A DNA stretch of 64,000 bases from Octopus sinensis (GCF_006345805.1 NC_043014.1:4774001-4838000), one strand, 5' to 3'. Positions 1 to 12,355 are shown, counted from the stretch's first letter. The notes: generated by a model from the letters alone, not told the origin. A program made the numbers and translations.

Positions 1-76
1 GATCTACATTGGCACTCGCACGTTTTATTTTCAGTTGGAAAGAAAAGATTAAAAAAAACTCGCCTCACTTCCGTTC
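1..76 (-). CDS. Gene 0, candidate exon 3 (R-TEVRRVFFNLFFPTENKTCECQCRS); last base lies outside the window
   Basis: Pyrimidine-rich acceptor ttctctccatcag| at 77-89; open in phase 1; in paralogous copies it ends at TCG|gtgaat. Confidence 0.5.
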
Positions 77-285
77 CTGATGGAGAGAAATAGATAAATG
101 TGTGTAAATATGTACGTATTCCTATGTGTGCGTGTGTGTGTGTTTGTATGTGTCTGTTTCTGTGCGTGTGTGTAAGTGTACATCTAGATATAATACTTAA
201 CACTAATATTGATAGGGCTAAACGTTGCAGCCAAAGGGCATGGCCATGCTAGAACCCCACCATTAGATTTTTTTTCATTACGCAC

Positions 286-361
286 TTATTTCCCTCTCCA
301 GGATTATGTCAGGTGAAAGAGCGATCGGACAGGAGTACAATTCCACTCTTCTTGGTGTTTC
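286..361 (-). CDS. Gene 0, candidate exon 2 ([25 protein letters not shown]), phase 0 to 1
   Basis: cccaag|GAA...ATA A|gtgcgt, 76 nt. It supplies the phase shift needed between exon 1 and downstream exons. AGA/AGG and CCT/CCA differences between copies are synonymous in this frame. The acceptor is weak. Confidence 0.55.
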
Positions 362-369
362 CTTGGGAT

Positions 370-640
<271 letters not shown>

Positions 641-685
641 ATATACATACGTAACTATATATGTGTGTATGTGTGTGTGTGTGTG

Positions 686-748
686 TGTGGAGGTACAATG
701 GCCCAGTGGTCGTAGGATCGCGCTTTCGATTCCCTAACCGAGGGGTGA
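686..748 (+). mobile_element. Truncated head of a tRNA-derived SINE
   Basis: ggaggtacaatggcccagtgg...tttcgattccc has A-box/B-box-like motifs and matches the head of the SINE at 10292-10556 in the opposite orientation. Confidence 0.6.
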
Positions 749-832
<84 letters not shown>

Positions 833-838
<6 letters not shown>

Positions 839-1117
839 ATTATAATAAGGGTTTTTTGCACGAGGTTGCTTAAACCACATACCGAAAATGTTAGAAACAG
901 AAGTCAAAGGCCTACCATTTCTATTACAACAATGGTAGAAATGGTAGCCCTTTGACTGCTTTTTCTAATATTTTCGGTATGTGGTTTAAGCAACCTCTTG
1001 TAATAAACCCTTATTATAATTATATAAATTTTTACCGTATATGGTCCTTTTCCATACCGAAATACTACTAGGTGAAATTTATTAAATTTTACTAAATTAA
1101 TTATATTTTACCCTTTA

Positions 1118-1120
<3 letters not shown>
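833..1120. mobile_element. Foldback element inserted in (TA)n: ~90-bp inverted arms (833-923 and 936-1025) plus an AT-rich tail
   Basis: gaggttgcttaaaccacataccgaaaa is mirrored by ttttcggtatgtggtttaagcaacctc, and ctaccatttcta by tagaaatggtag; absent from the other units. Confidence 0.75.
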
Positions 1121-1193
<73 letters not shown>

Positions 1194-1207
1194 ATATACA
1201 TATATTA

Positions 1208-1600
1208 CAGTGTCTGTGTGGTAAAACACTTGCTTCTTAACCACAAGGACGATGTTGGACGAATGCCTACCACTCTAACCTCGAGCTGACCAGAGCCATC
1301 TAAGTAGATTTGGTAGATTGAGACTGAAAGAAGTGTGCTATACACACACACACACACTCACACACACATGTATGTATGTATGTATCTTAGGTTTTATATA
1401 TGTGTCTGTTATTGTCGCACCACTATCGCTTCTCAACAGATGTCGGTGTGTTTACGTCCCCGTTACATAGCTGTTCAGCTAGAAATACCGATAGAATGAG
1501 CACTAGGTTTACAAAAAATAATTCCTGAAGTCGATTTGTCCTACTAAACGCAGTGTTCTAGCTTGGCCGTAGTCAAATGACTAAAACGGGTAAAAGAATA
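1208..1600 (+). mobile_element. Old SINE of the same family as 32404-32815; only its 3' half remains at 12770-12970, 27790-27990, 41220-41415 and 55700-55897
   Basis: Motifs gtgtggtaa...gatttggtaga...tttacgtccccgt...ggccgtagtcaaatgact are the reverse complement of the younger copy at 32.4-32.8 kb. Confidence 0.7.
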
Positions 1601-1631
1601 TATTTATACGCAAACACACACTACCACACAA

Positions 1632-1678
<47 letters not shown>

Positions 1679-1961
1679 GAGAGAGAGATAGACAGAGAGA
1701 TACAGAGATAGATACACATACGCATATATATGTTTGTATATATATATCTATATATGTACACGCACTAATATATTCATATATATGTATATTATACATACGA
1801 ATATATGTACGTGATTCATGCATACATCCTTACATCCATCCATCCATCGGTACGTACATACATCCACACATTCATACATACATACGTAAATGCATACATA
1901 GATACATACATATATAAATACATAAAGACATAAATATATTAACACAAAATCCATGACTTAC

Positions 1962-2105
1962 CGTTTTTGATTTCTCTTCCATTTTTCCTATTCTTGAATC
2001 TTGATGAAGAATCACGATCGTCAGAACGAGAAGAACCCCAAAAGCTATGAGAGAAGAAATGGAATAACGCTGCGAAATATTTCTGGACAGTTGTGCCAAA
2101 TCCAT
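1962..2105 (-). CDS. Gene 0, exon 1: MDLAQLSRNISQRYSISSLIAFGVLLVLTIVILHQDSRIGKMEEKSKT (signal anchor / type II transmembrane segment)
   Basis: ATG start, ~18-residue hydrophobic stretch, consensus donor ACG|gtaagt (phase 0), conserved and open in five copies. Confidence 0.85.
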
Positions 2106-2189
2106 TCTGGTGACGATTGCCGGCCGTACGTGATACTTCGTGTGGCTTCAACAAAAGATCGAGATGCGAGGTTTAAGCTGAAGACTTGT

Positions 2190-2274
2190 AACTGAATTCA
2201 ACGTATTTATTGAGCGCACAACAACCCAGCTCTGGCATAGATCTTATCGTAAATTTATGAACCAATGCGATTGG
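2190..2274 (-). promoter_or_regulatory. Putative core promoter: TCAGTT initiator-like motif, GATAAG, and inverted CCAAT pair (CCAAT-gcg-ATTGG); copies at 13683-13767, 28678-28762, 42131-42215 and 56643-56727
   Basis: Lies 85-170 bp upstream of each ATG. TCAGTT/TCAGTC fits the TCAKTY initiator. The block is near-invariant in five copies. Confidence 0.45.
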
Positions 2275-2524
2275 TGGAACTGTAAAAGCGGGTGTGAACT
2301 TGTCTGACAGGTTTAATTATTGGAAAGAGATGGTTTGATATTGTCACACAATAATTAGCAAAATATTTTGATGAATGAGAGACACGTGTAAAGTGAAATG
2401 ATTCCTGTTTCTGGATATATTATGATATATTTATTTACTAATGTTGTTATTTAATTTTATTTCTTTATTCTTGGGAAACTGTTTTAATATTCAGTGTGGG
2501 AAGTATTTCGTTCAACCAACAAAT

Positions 2525-2533
2525 ACACAGACA

Positions 2534-2582
<49 letters not shown>

Positions 2583-2905
2583 GCACACACTTACATACAT
2601 ACACACACACACTAGCACACATACACACACACACTGACATACACACACACACACACTGACACACACACGCACACACACAAACTGATACACACACACATAC
2701 ACTGACACACACAGATACTGACACACACACACATAAACAGACACACACTGACATACACACACAAAAACACGTACACACATACACACACACTGACAAACAC
2801 ACACACACACACACACACTGACACACACACTCACACACACTGACACACACACACTGACACACACACACACTGACACACACACACACTGACGCACACACAC
2901 ATACA
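2525..2905. repeat. (CA)n satellite periodically interrupted by CTGA; copies at 14010-14545, 17505-17665, 29010-29970, 42460-42980, 45660-45822 and 57375-57768
   Basis: Direct reading; source of the VCVC/HTHT pseudo-ORFs. Confidence 0.95.
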
Positions 2906-2994
2906 CAAATATGCGGGGAAAATGCAGGCCCGTACGAGCGACCGCAGTTACTGTTGGGGCACAAGGTTGAAGTGAACTCCTCTAGCGAAGAATT

Positions 2995-3150
2995 TATCAA
3001 AGAGAAATACCGAAGGTAGGTAACTCACGACAGACTCCAGCCTAGCGCTCTAATGGCGTCACTTACTCGTTGTTGTTGACTATGTTTAAGTTAAAGCTAT
3101 GGCTTTAAGTTTGTCCAGATATTCCCCTCTTCGGTATTTTCTTTTGATAA
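2995..3150. repeat. ~22-bp inverted repeat with ~110-bp spacer, present in every intergenic unit
   Basis: ttatcaaagagaaataccgaag ... cttcggtattttcttttgataa. Confidence 0.6.
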
Positions 3151-3966
3151 CGACTGAACTGGAACCCGATAGGGAGCAGCAGTGGACTGATATGCTGTTC
3201 TTGCAGCTTTTTGCACAGAATTTGCGTTTAGAGTTTGAAATATGCCATTAGCACATTTTAACGAACCTAAAAATTGCTTATGCCTAATACTGAGCGCTAA
3301 TACTGTTCACTGGAAACGCCATGTTGAATGTTTCCATATATTCATTTGTCAATTTGCATTTCGTTTTCAAGGAACGATGAGAGGCTGGTTGTGTACCCTT
3401 TTCGAAAGTGTTTCGTGAAAATTTCAATGTGTTAGTAACCTGACAAGTACTTAGGTAGTCAACATTTTTTGGTATTTCTTCAGTGGATATCAAATATCCT
3501 TTATTAGGTATTATCCGCGATTGGATTGCAGAGATTCCATCGCTTCGATTGTAGTTACAATAATACGTATGGGAGTATTTTTTTTATTAAACCATCTTGA
3601 TTTAGTGATGTTCGTTATAAGCTTTTATCATGTTTTCTGAAGATTGATCATGAAATGGTGATATATTTGTACGGAGATGTTTCATTTGGGGATTGTTTTC
3701 ATTTTAAGACGGAATACAACACACATTTAAACGAATCATTATTTTATTTCAACTTTTAAATTTGATAAACTGAACCTCATACAATGTATTCTAGAATCAT
3801 TCCCTGAGGATTACATCGTTTTGTTAAGCTATTTGTCACATTCTATGACGTCTCTGTTGTTTCGTTTTGAATATTTTCTGAAAACTTGTAGCAGCAATTT
3901 ATTAAACGACATATATTAGTCGGATACAATACTGCGAAACACAATTACAAGAAACGTATATGTTGC

Positions 3967-3972
3967 TTTATT
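3967..3972 (-). terminator. Candidate polyadenylation signal AATAAA about 60 nt after the gene A stop
   Basis: tttatt on the + strand. Also present in C and E; changed to AATAGA in B and D, where other AATAAA sites lie further downstream. Confidence 0.4.
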
Positions 3973-4032
3973 ATATTATATTTTATGATTCGCCGACATA
4001 AATTTTCATATAGAAACGAATGTAAATTCGAT

Positions 4033-4532
4033 TCAGTATTTACTGCACACAACGCAGGTTAATTCTCGACCATTGACATACGGTGGACATGGCAATGAAC
4101 CACAAGCAGCCTGAACGAAATACAGTAGAGCTCCATCTTCGTTTCTGTAACCCGCTGGATCAGCTTCTGGTGCATAATCCACACACACATATTCATGTCT
4201 GGCCTTATGATTATGACGCTCTGTCATTAAATAACCCGAATACTCAGCTGTCCAACCAGGGAAACACTGTGTCCTGGCTGGTAACATCATAGCAACAGCA
4301 GGTTGTCGTGTCAAACAGACAGCGCACGGAACGTTGTGATCATGAATTGATTCAGCGTTAGCAAAAGAAAAGATTTTATTAGTTGGGTAAAACTGTAGTT
4401 GATATTCACTGCCATAAATGTAACCACCTTTTTCAACTTCTGTCGTACAATTGGCCCAAATGGGGTCGTTAGGTAGGCACAAGAGATTACTTCCGCCACC
4501 TGTCTGGTCATACTTTTGTCCACCAACCACAC
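4033..4532 (-). CDS. Gene A terminal exon: short-chain collagen C4-like Cys-rich domain
   Basis: Acceptor ttcttaccaattgtag|GT GTG (phase 1). Motifs GGGSNLLCLP, YGSEY, HDHNVPCAVC, PARTQC..GW..EYSGYLM, EYVCVD, CGSLPCPPY, ELTCVVCSK are typical of this invertebrate family. 500 nt, open. Confidence 0.92.
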
Positions 4533-4741
4533 CTACAATTGGTAAGAACAAATCAAGTAAAAAAGATATTAAGCAAAATTATATATGAATTAACGGAAAC
4601 ATTCATTACAATTTTTCATTTAAAAGAAGTCATGTTTACTAACGTGTGGACGAATTGTGGTGTATATATTAGTGTTTATGTGAGTGTAAGCAGTGTGTTG
4701 AGCTATGTACGAGATCGTAGCTGTGCATTTGCCTTCTCATC

Positions 4742-4793
<52 letters not shown>

Positions 4794-5875
4794 TAATAAG
4801 CAACAAGGATATCCAGAGATAATGCGGTGCGATTGTTTCATACAACTCCATTTATATATATATATGTTTTGTGTATACGGGTACCTATTTGTGGTTACGA
4901 CGTGGATTATTATGTATGCATGGGGTAGGTGTTTTTCGGTGGATGCCACCAGATGGAGAAAAAGAAAGATTTTTTAGGGAAGCCGTTGGAAGCAGCAGTT
5001 TTGAATTGGAAGTTTCGGAATTACATTACAAAGATATACTGGATAAGTAATGAGGTGATGTGGTGCATGAAAAGAGCAAGGTTTTAGTGATAGGATGATT
5101 TCGGTGAGGCGGAGAAGAATAGAAGTGCATTCTGTACTCTGTTGTGTTCGCTTACTAATATTTAGTCAATCTATATTTTACTTAATGAATACAGTCCTTA
5201 GCTTTTTCCATCAGTTACAGTATGTGGCTTGTCCAGTCCTCATTCTACATTGTGCTTTCATTTCACTAATCGTTTACAGTCACTGTCATCAATTCTAATA
5301 GTCTCTTTTCAATTTAGCCCACACCTACGATCACTGGGCACTCTAGTTAATGATAGTCAAGTGGCCACTATTCAGCTCTGGTCACTCACGTACAATACCA
5401 CCATCCGTAGCCAGTACAATTGATCACCAGTTAGCAGCCTCGGTATTTGATATCTACAATCCAAAGCTGGTCAGCCTGAAATTCTTGATCGCCATGGTGG
5501 TTTTCAGTCCAGCCCCTGTCTGTAATTTAACGTAGAGATATCTATATTCTGTGGTTAGACAACATCCTTTTCACATGTTCCGTAGTAGACAACATATAAT
5601 ATTCTGATTTGACCAAATACCTACAAAGGAGTAAGCAGTCTTGTGTAGTGTTTGTATAGTCTACAGGTATAGACGTTTGAAACGTGACATATCATAAGAG
5701 GATTTGAGAATGTTTATGTCAGACAACCCGACAAAGGGTGAGTGTGTGTGCATGTGCGTGAGAGAGAGGGTTAGAGAGAAAGAGAGGCAACATAAAGAGA
5801 GAATGAGAGGTATAAGAAGAGAACAAGAAAAAAACAAAATGAGTATGAGAGGTGAGAAATATAAAGTATACTAAC

Positions 5876-5950
5876 CGTCATATACAAGGTTTGAATAGGG
5901 AGGACAAGTTGTTCTGCCCCACCGGGTATACAATGATCCGAGACCGGATT
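5876..5950 (-). CDS. Gene A penultimate exon (xSGLGSLYTRWGRTTCPPYSNLVYD-G), 75 nt, phase 1-1
   Basis: ttaatttcgcag| ... GAC G|gttagt. Encodes the family's YxRWGRTTCP motif and joins in frame to the terminal exon. Confidence 0.9.
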
Positions 5951-6579
5951 CTGCGAAATTAAAATGAAATAATGTAGGTTAAAAGAAAGAATTGGGGGAT
6001 CATATACAAAGTAGGATGTTGGATGGGAAGGAATTGATGGAGAAGAGAGAAATATAGAATTGAAGAAAGAACGAGTGAATGAATGAAAGTCAGAACGAAA
6101 GATGTAAATAATAAGAATAAATTGTAAAGAACGAAAAAAGACATTTGTCTGTTGAGCCAGTTGGTGACGTTGATGTCAAAGATTTGAGAGATTAATCTCA
6201 GAATATCAGAATGTGTATCGGTCTCCGCTATGAACGGATAGATGTATGATACGTAATCTTGGGTATGAGTATATATACTTCTCAATAGAATAATGATAAA
6301 ACTCAATAGAATAATGATAGAATATTCGCCAGGTGCGAATATTCATCGGTCAATTACAAATATCAGTTGGAGCTCGGCGCAAATAAGGCCGTCATAACTA
6401 CAATATGAAAATAACAACCATACCCCATCATTTATCGATTTAGTTAAAAGACATCGCATCCGGACGTCGAGTAGAGGAGTCCGTTCGATAAATGTATAGC
6501 ACAACCCACCCAATGCCAGTGTGACCAGCAGAAGTCTGCAAATTAATCTGGGGTGCGTGCGGTGGGAGCACAAAATTGA

Positions 6580-8400
6580 CGGTCTCAGGAAACCGAAGCA
6601 GATCAAGAAGGGAACAACCTTTAATAATTGAGAATTAAAACGTCAAAATTGTTAGATATAATCTGCCTGTAAGATATAATCGGTGTCTCCTCTACAAAAT
6701 TTCGTTTTTCCGATAGCGTACACTTGGATATAGGCTTGAAACTCCACTACGCAACTGTGGTGCCAACAATGTCTGCACAGGTGGGATTAGGATACTTTCA
6801 ATCCCAAGCTTTCGGATTGTATTATGGAGTGAAACCGACTAGGTGTGAGGGTTCACCTCTTGAAGCTAAGGCTGAATATGAAGGACCACTGTGGCTGCTG
6901 TAAGTATATGCAGCAAACAGCGAGGTCAAATCCAAATCCTTCATAAGCAAATTCACCTCAGCTTTAGATATATTTGGGGTAAAGTCATTTGTCCTGCCAG
7001 GAGACTTCAGTGCACACCTTGGCATTGATAACCGTGAGAAGGATTGATTGGAAGGAATGTCGTCAGTGAAATTAATGGAGAGGTTATAGCATCCTTCTGT
7101 GCAGGATACACACTCTCCACTCTATGGTATAGATATTATTTTAAGACAGGGATATTTATAAGGGTACCTGGTATAGAAATACATGGTGACAGATGTTTTT
7201 GATAGAGTTTGGTCATCTTTCACTCTTTGCTGAACGTTCGAGTAAAAGGAAGGGGTGGAGTTTTCAACTCGTCACTACCTAAATGTCTGAAAGCCTGAAA
7301 ATTCCACCAGTCTGCCGAACACTAGAAATTGTTAAGTCCAGTGCAACCTACAGAATACAATTGGAAGCCGCAGTGGATGCTGGGATCAGAATATAAAATG
7401 TGGAGACTTTTGCATCCAAATTGAGAGTGACCATCCTGAATGAAGTTGGACATCGAAATGGATTCGTGATTGTATAATTTTTTTCGGCAGGTTCTTCTTC
7501 GGTTGAAGGCTTATTTGAGCTAAACTCACTTAAAAGTGGTAAAGCTGCTGGTGAAAAGCACGTCCGGCTTGATATTTTAGAAACTTTAAATACAGATTGT
7601 ATTCTCTGAGTGACCCATGTATGCTATGTGGATGGGACCTCTGGAAAAAACACCAAGGCAATGGTAATATGGGGTGCCAATCACAATTTTCTCAAACAGA
7701 GACCAAAGATTGTGTTCTAATTATAGAAAAGTCTACACTAGATGTCAGGAAACGATAAGTAGGGAAAATGTCGTGCCCAAGATTACTGTCCGGGACGCAG
7801 TACACCCAACCAGAGAGTCGTTCAAAGACAGATCTTCCAGCAAACATTGAAATATTTCTAAGGTTTATACGCTGTAAACCACGGAATAATGTGCCCTGGG
7901 GCATGTTCCGGATTGTTTACCAGGAAGGTGAGTTTAATGGGCAAAAACTGGTTGCCATAATGTACTTATATGGATGTTCAAATGATTGTATTTATGTAAA
8001 AGTCGAAAGTTTACGACGTGAAGGTTTCACTTAATTCAAGTGTGCATTGATAGTGCCCCTTCTCACATTCTTTTTTGTGATCTGGTTGAATATGCGCAAC
8101 CATTGTGGTAGAGGTTACCCAATTCATCTCTACGTGATCGGTCGTCTGTTATTTGTAGACGACATGCTGCTACCTGATTCGTCTGATGGTCACCAACAAC
8201 ATGCACTGAATGGGTTGGCTGCCGAGTACCCCAAGGCAGGATTGACAAATACGCAATTTGTAGGAAAGTGGAACATCATTAGTTCGGGTTTTTATTCACG
8301 AATGATTGGAAGCACAAGAGTGGACAGAAGGCAGAATTGTAGATATAAACGCAGTGAAGCGCCAGCTCGGGCATTTGATTCTCAGATGAAGAGGTCTTGG
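6580..8400 (+). mobile_element. Degenerate RTE-clade LINE ORF (APE endonuclease plus reverse transcriptase)
   Basis: Frameshifted motifs VYAANSE, SFVLPGDFSAHLG, LKSGKAAGE, CSNYR and LLFVDDMLL (the FADD equivalent); many stops. Confidence 0.85.
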
Positions 8401-8779
8401 CACAATTATCGACGTAGCACTGCATATATACTCATATACACACAATAAATGGCATAATATATTAGAGTAATATTTTATTTAGGAAATTATTGTAAAGTAG
8501 AATATATTTTGAAATAAATTCAGGCAAGTGTCTTAGTATATATTATTGTGGACATATGGATAGTAATGTGGAACTAATTCAAAGTTGGTGAAATTAAAAA
8601 TCATTGGTTAAGGAGACACGGGTAAAAGACTTTAGCTATAAAATTAGTTCTTACTTGGTGTGTCATCAGGTTTATCGTCGAGAGATTTCTTGGAGATGAA
8701 ACGGTTCTTTGAAAAAATAGAAATAGCATCATATAAATAGAACTTCAGGGTATTTATTATCGTTGAGAACTTAAAACAA

Positions 8780-9406
8780 TACAATGGATGACAACATATT
8801 CGGGCAGGAATCATTGCCAACAATACCTTCTCAACCCCTTAGGAATCGCCTAGAAGGCGCTTCAATCCAGTCAAACGATTTTCTGAAGAATATCAGAGAA
8901 TATAATTCTGCATTTCAAATGACATCGTATGGTGAATCTAAGAAGATAGATAAACATGAATTTACGCCGACGTCAAAGATCAAGGGCAAGTCTATCCCCT
9001 CATTGGTTCCCTGGTAACCGCGAATGAACAACCACAGTTCCTCCAACTTTGCTCTATGAGTGATGTAGGACAACAAACCTGACGTGTGGTGTCAAAATTT
9101 CCGATGATGGGCCGTGTTAGACACAGCGCACACTGCTGCAAAGGAGAATATATCCACTGACAGCATTTCGGTGCGTTCAAAAAATCACACAAACCCCACC
9201 TCCAATTTTGCATGACAGGTTAGGGCCTGAAACACTCCAAACGGACGCATAGCATGTTGCTTAGTCGAATTAGCCCAGCATTTACTCTACAACTGTTTTG
9301 TTGTCAATGTTGCACTTTCCCATATCACCTGTTTCAAAATGACTCGAATATATTATATACCAACTTTGCCATTTTAATCCCCAGCAATGCCGGGTATGTC
9401 TGCTAG
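8780..9406 (+). mobile_element. Helitron relic: Rep/helicase N-terminal fragment and 3' terminus (hairpin + CTAG|T); copies at 24580-25203, 37190-37804, 52595-53217 and 62855-63478
   Basis: FLKNIREYNSAFQMTSYG, then QGQVY..IGSL..PQFLQ after a frameshift; ends cccagcaatgccggg-tatgtctgCTAG|t. Confidence 0.8.
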
Positions 9407-9529
9407 TACACACACACACATATATACACACACATATCTCTACACACATATATATATACATATATATATATACACATATATATATACATATATATATATA
9501 CACATATTTATATATATAGTTAAATTTAA

Positions 9530-9765
9530 TCCATACAAGAAAGCTCAAAAAACAACGCGAGGACGTGGAACAAATATAGTATTATTGGACGAGGAAGGAA
9601 AGAAGGAGGGTTTAAGGTTTATGAGAATGAAAGATCCAGAGGAGGGAAGACAGAGGGAAAAAAATCGCCAACGGTACACACGCGGACACATTTTGAATGA
9701 CGGAAGGAACTGGGTGAAGAACAGTTCTTTCAAAGACAGTAGAGTGGTAGTGGAGGAGGAATGTG
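9530..9765 (-). mobile_element. Penelope-like pseudo-LTR relic (hammerhead-like motif deleted in this copy); copies at 25995-26270, 37930-38160, 53275-53545 and 63605-63875
   Basis: Follows a (TA)n tract. Copies in B, D and E keep CCGACGA-stem-GAAACGTT. Confidence 0.55.
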
Positions 9766-10291
9766 TGTGTAAGTATGGATAAGAGCGTGCGCGGAGGTCT
9801 GCGTGTGCGTCTGTGTGTCTGTGTGTATGTGTGCAATGATGACACGTGTGTGTGTGTGTGTGGTTGTGGCTGTTAATCTTTGCGTGTTGTAGTGTTAGTA
9901 GTGTTAAGGTCAAGGAAGAAGGAATTTGGCGTGGCTCATTTTGTCTCTACCACAGATCAAGTAATAGGTACTGCTAGTTTGATGTATGTGTGTGTGTGCG
10001 TGTATGTATATGTATCGTGTGTGTGTTTTGTTTGTAGTGTGTGTGTGTCCGTGTGTGTGGGTTTTTGGAGTTGTTTTTGAGTAATGTGCGCGCGTGTGCT
10101 TGCGTGCGCGTGTGCGCTTAAGTGCGCGTATGCGCGTGTGTGTCTGTGCCCATGTGTGTATAAGTGTGTGCGTATCTGTATGAGTATTGTTCGTTAAAGG
10201 TATATGTGGACATCTGTGCTGGTGTGTGTGTATGTACGTGTGTATGTGTGTGTGCGTGTATTGTGTGCGTATGATACATATATATATCTCC

Positions 10292-10556
10292 GTGATCACC
10301 GTGACCGACCAGGCTATCAGTTGTTGCTACACATCGCTGGTCACAATGCGCTTCGCATTCTTTTAGCCTTCAAATGACGCCATCCCGTTGGCTAAGCGAG
10401 CAGGCCAACAGAAGAAAGGGAGAAAGTTATAGCGAAAGAGTACAGCAGTGATCGTGGAGCTTTAAACACACACAACTCCCAGTCTGGGAATCGAAATCTC
10501 GATCCTACAACCGTGAGTCCGCGACCCTAAACCCTGGGCCACTTCACCTCGACACA
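10292..10556 (-). mobile_element. tRNA-derived SINE; copies at 26528-26815, 38702-38965 and 54357-54590
   Basis: The reverse strand begins ..gtggcccagggtttaggg..gtaggatcgagatttcgattccc (A-box/B-box-like), followed by a conserved body. Confidence 0.75.
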
Positions 10557-10564
10557 GACATATA

Positions 10565-11395
<831 letters not shown>

Positions 11396-12076
11396 ATACA
11401 TATCATCATGGATACATACACCCACATACACGCGTACATATACGCATCCAAGGCTATAAGCATACACACGCACTCGCGTGTAAACACGTATATAAACACA
11501 CACGCACCCACACGCACGCGCGCACACACACATGCATACAACAGAATATCCGCATGTATACGCGGACATTATACGCGTACACGCTCACATGTATATACGC
11601 GCGCCCATCACTACATACACACACGTATATGCCCACGCCTCTAGGTCTAGGTATAAGATATTAAAGGATGTGTATAAGAACGTATGTAAAGAATCCCGTA
11701 CTCATGTCAATACGCGCACGCACACACGGCTGTGTGTCCGTATATATATATATATATATATATATAAATACATATCAATATATAGGTATACACGTACACA
11801 TAAGCATACACACCATAAATATCACAAACCGACGTATCTACTTATACGCATACACACACAAACGTACACATATATGTGAGTGGACATACACTGTATAGTG
11901 TGATTGTTCGTGTACAATTGATCACGTGTGTCTGTGTGCGTGCGTATGTGTGTGTGTTTGTGTTTATTTGTGCGTGTGTTTGTCCGTGTGTCTGTGTGTA
12001 TGTATTTACATTCGTTCTTACATATTGTCATATATAAAAACCAACGTGAATTACAGTCAAACATTACGAAATTCAC

Positions 12077-12153
12077 CGATCTACATTGGCACTCGCACGT
12101 TTTATTTTCAGTTGGAAAGAAAAGATTCAAAAAAACTCGCCTCACTTCCGTTC
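12077..12153 (-). CDS. Gene A candidate exon 3 (TEVRRVFLNLFFPTENKTCECQCRS)
   Basis: ctccatcag| ... TCG|gtgaat, 77 nt, open. Confidence 0.5.
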
Positions 12154-12355
12154 CTGATGGAGAGAAATAGATAAATGTGTGTAAATATGTACGTATTCCT
12201 ATGTGTGCGTGTGTGTGTATGTGTCTGTTTCTGTGCGTGTGCGCAAGTGTACATCTAGATATAATATTTAACACTAATATTAATACGGCTAAACGTTGCA
12301 GCGACAGGGCATGGCCATGCTACAACCCCACCATTAGATTTTTTTCATTACGCAT

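Noticed and set aside
265-330. Plus-strand acceptor-like tract ttatttccctctccag|GATTATG suggesting an antisense gene
   Set aside because: Runs into microsatellite with no donor or partner exons; synonymous changes favour the minus-strand exon.
1872-1961. ORF extension VSHGFCVNI... past KSKT
   Set aside because: Read-through into intron 1 beyond a consensus gtaagt donor, with variable length among copies.
4083-4292. Plus-strand ORF MDMAMNHKQPERN..., present in all five units
   Set aside because: Antisense shadow of the conserved terminal exon.
4311-4532. Alternative-frame ORF (WLVDKSMTRQ...) that direct splicing of exon 1 to the 75-nt exon would read
   Set aside because: No recognisable motif, stops earlier in gene C, and the family motifs are in the other frame.
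6580-8448. RTE, Helitron and Penelope ORF fragments as host genes or an active mobilising system for the array
   Set aside because: Full of stops and frameshifts and located at the same intronic positions in every unit, so they predate the duplications and were passively copied.
10480-10556. tRNA-like A/B boxes
   Set aside because: Heads of tRNA-derived SINEs, with no complete cloverleaf.
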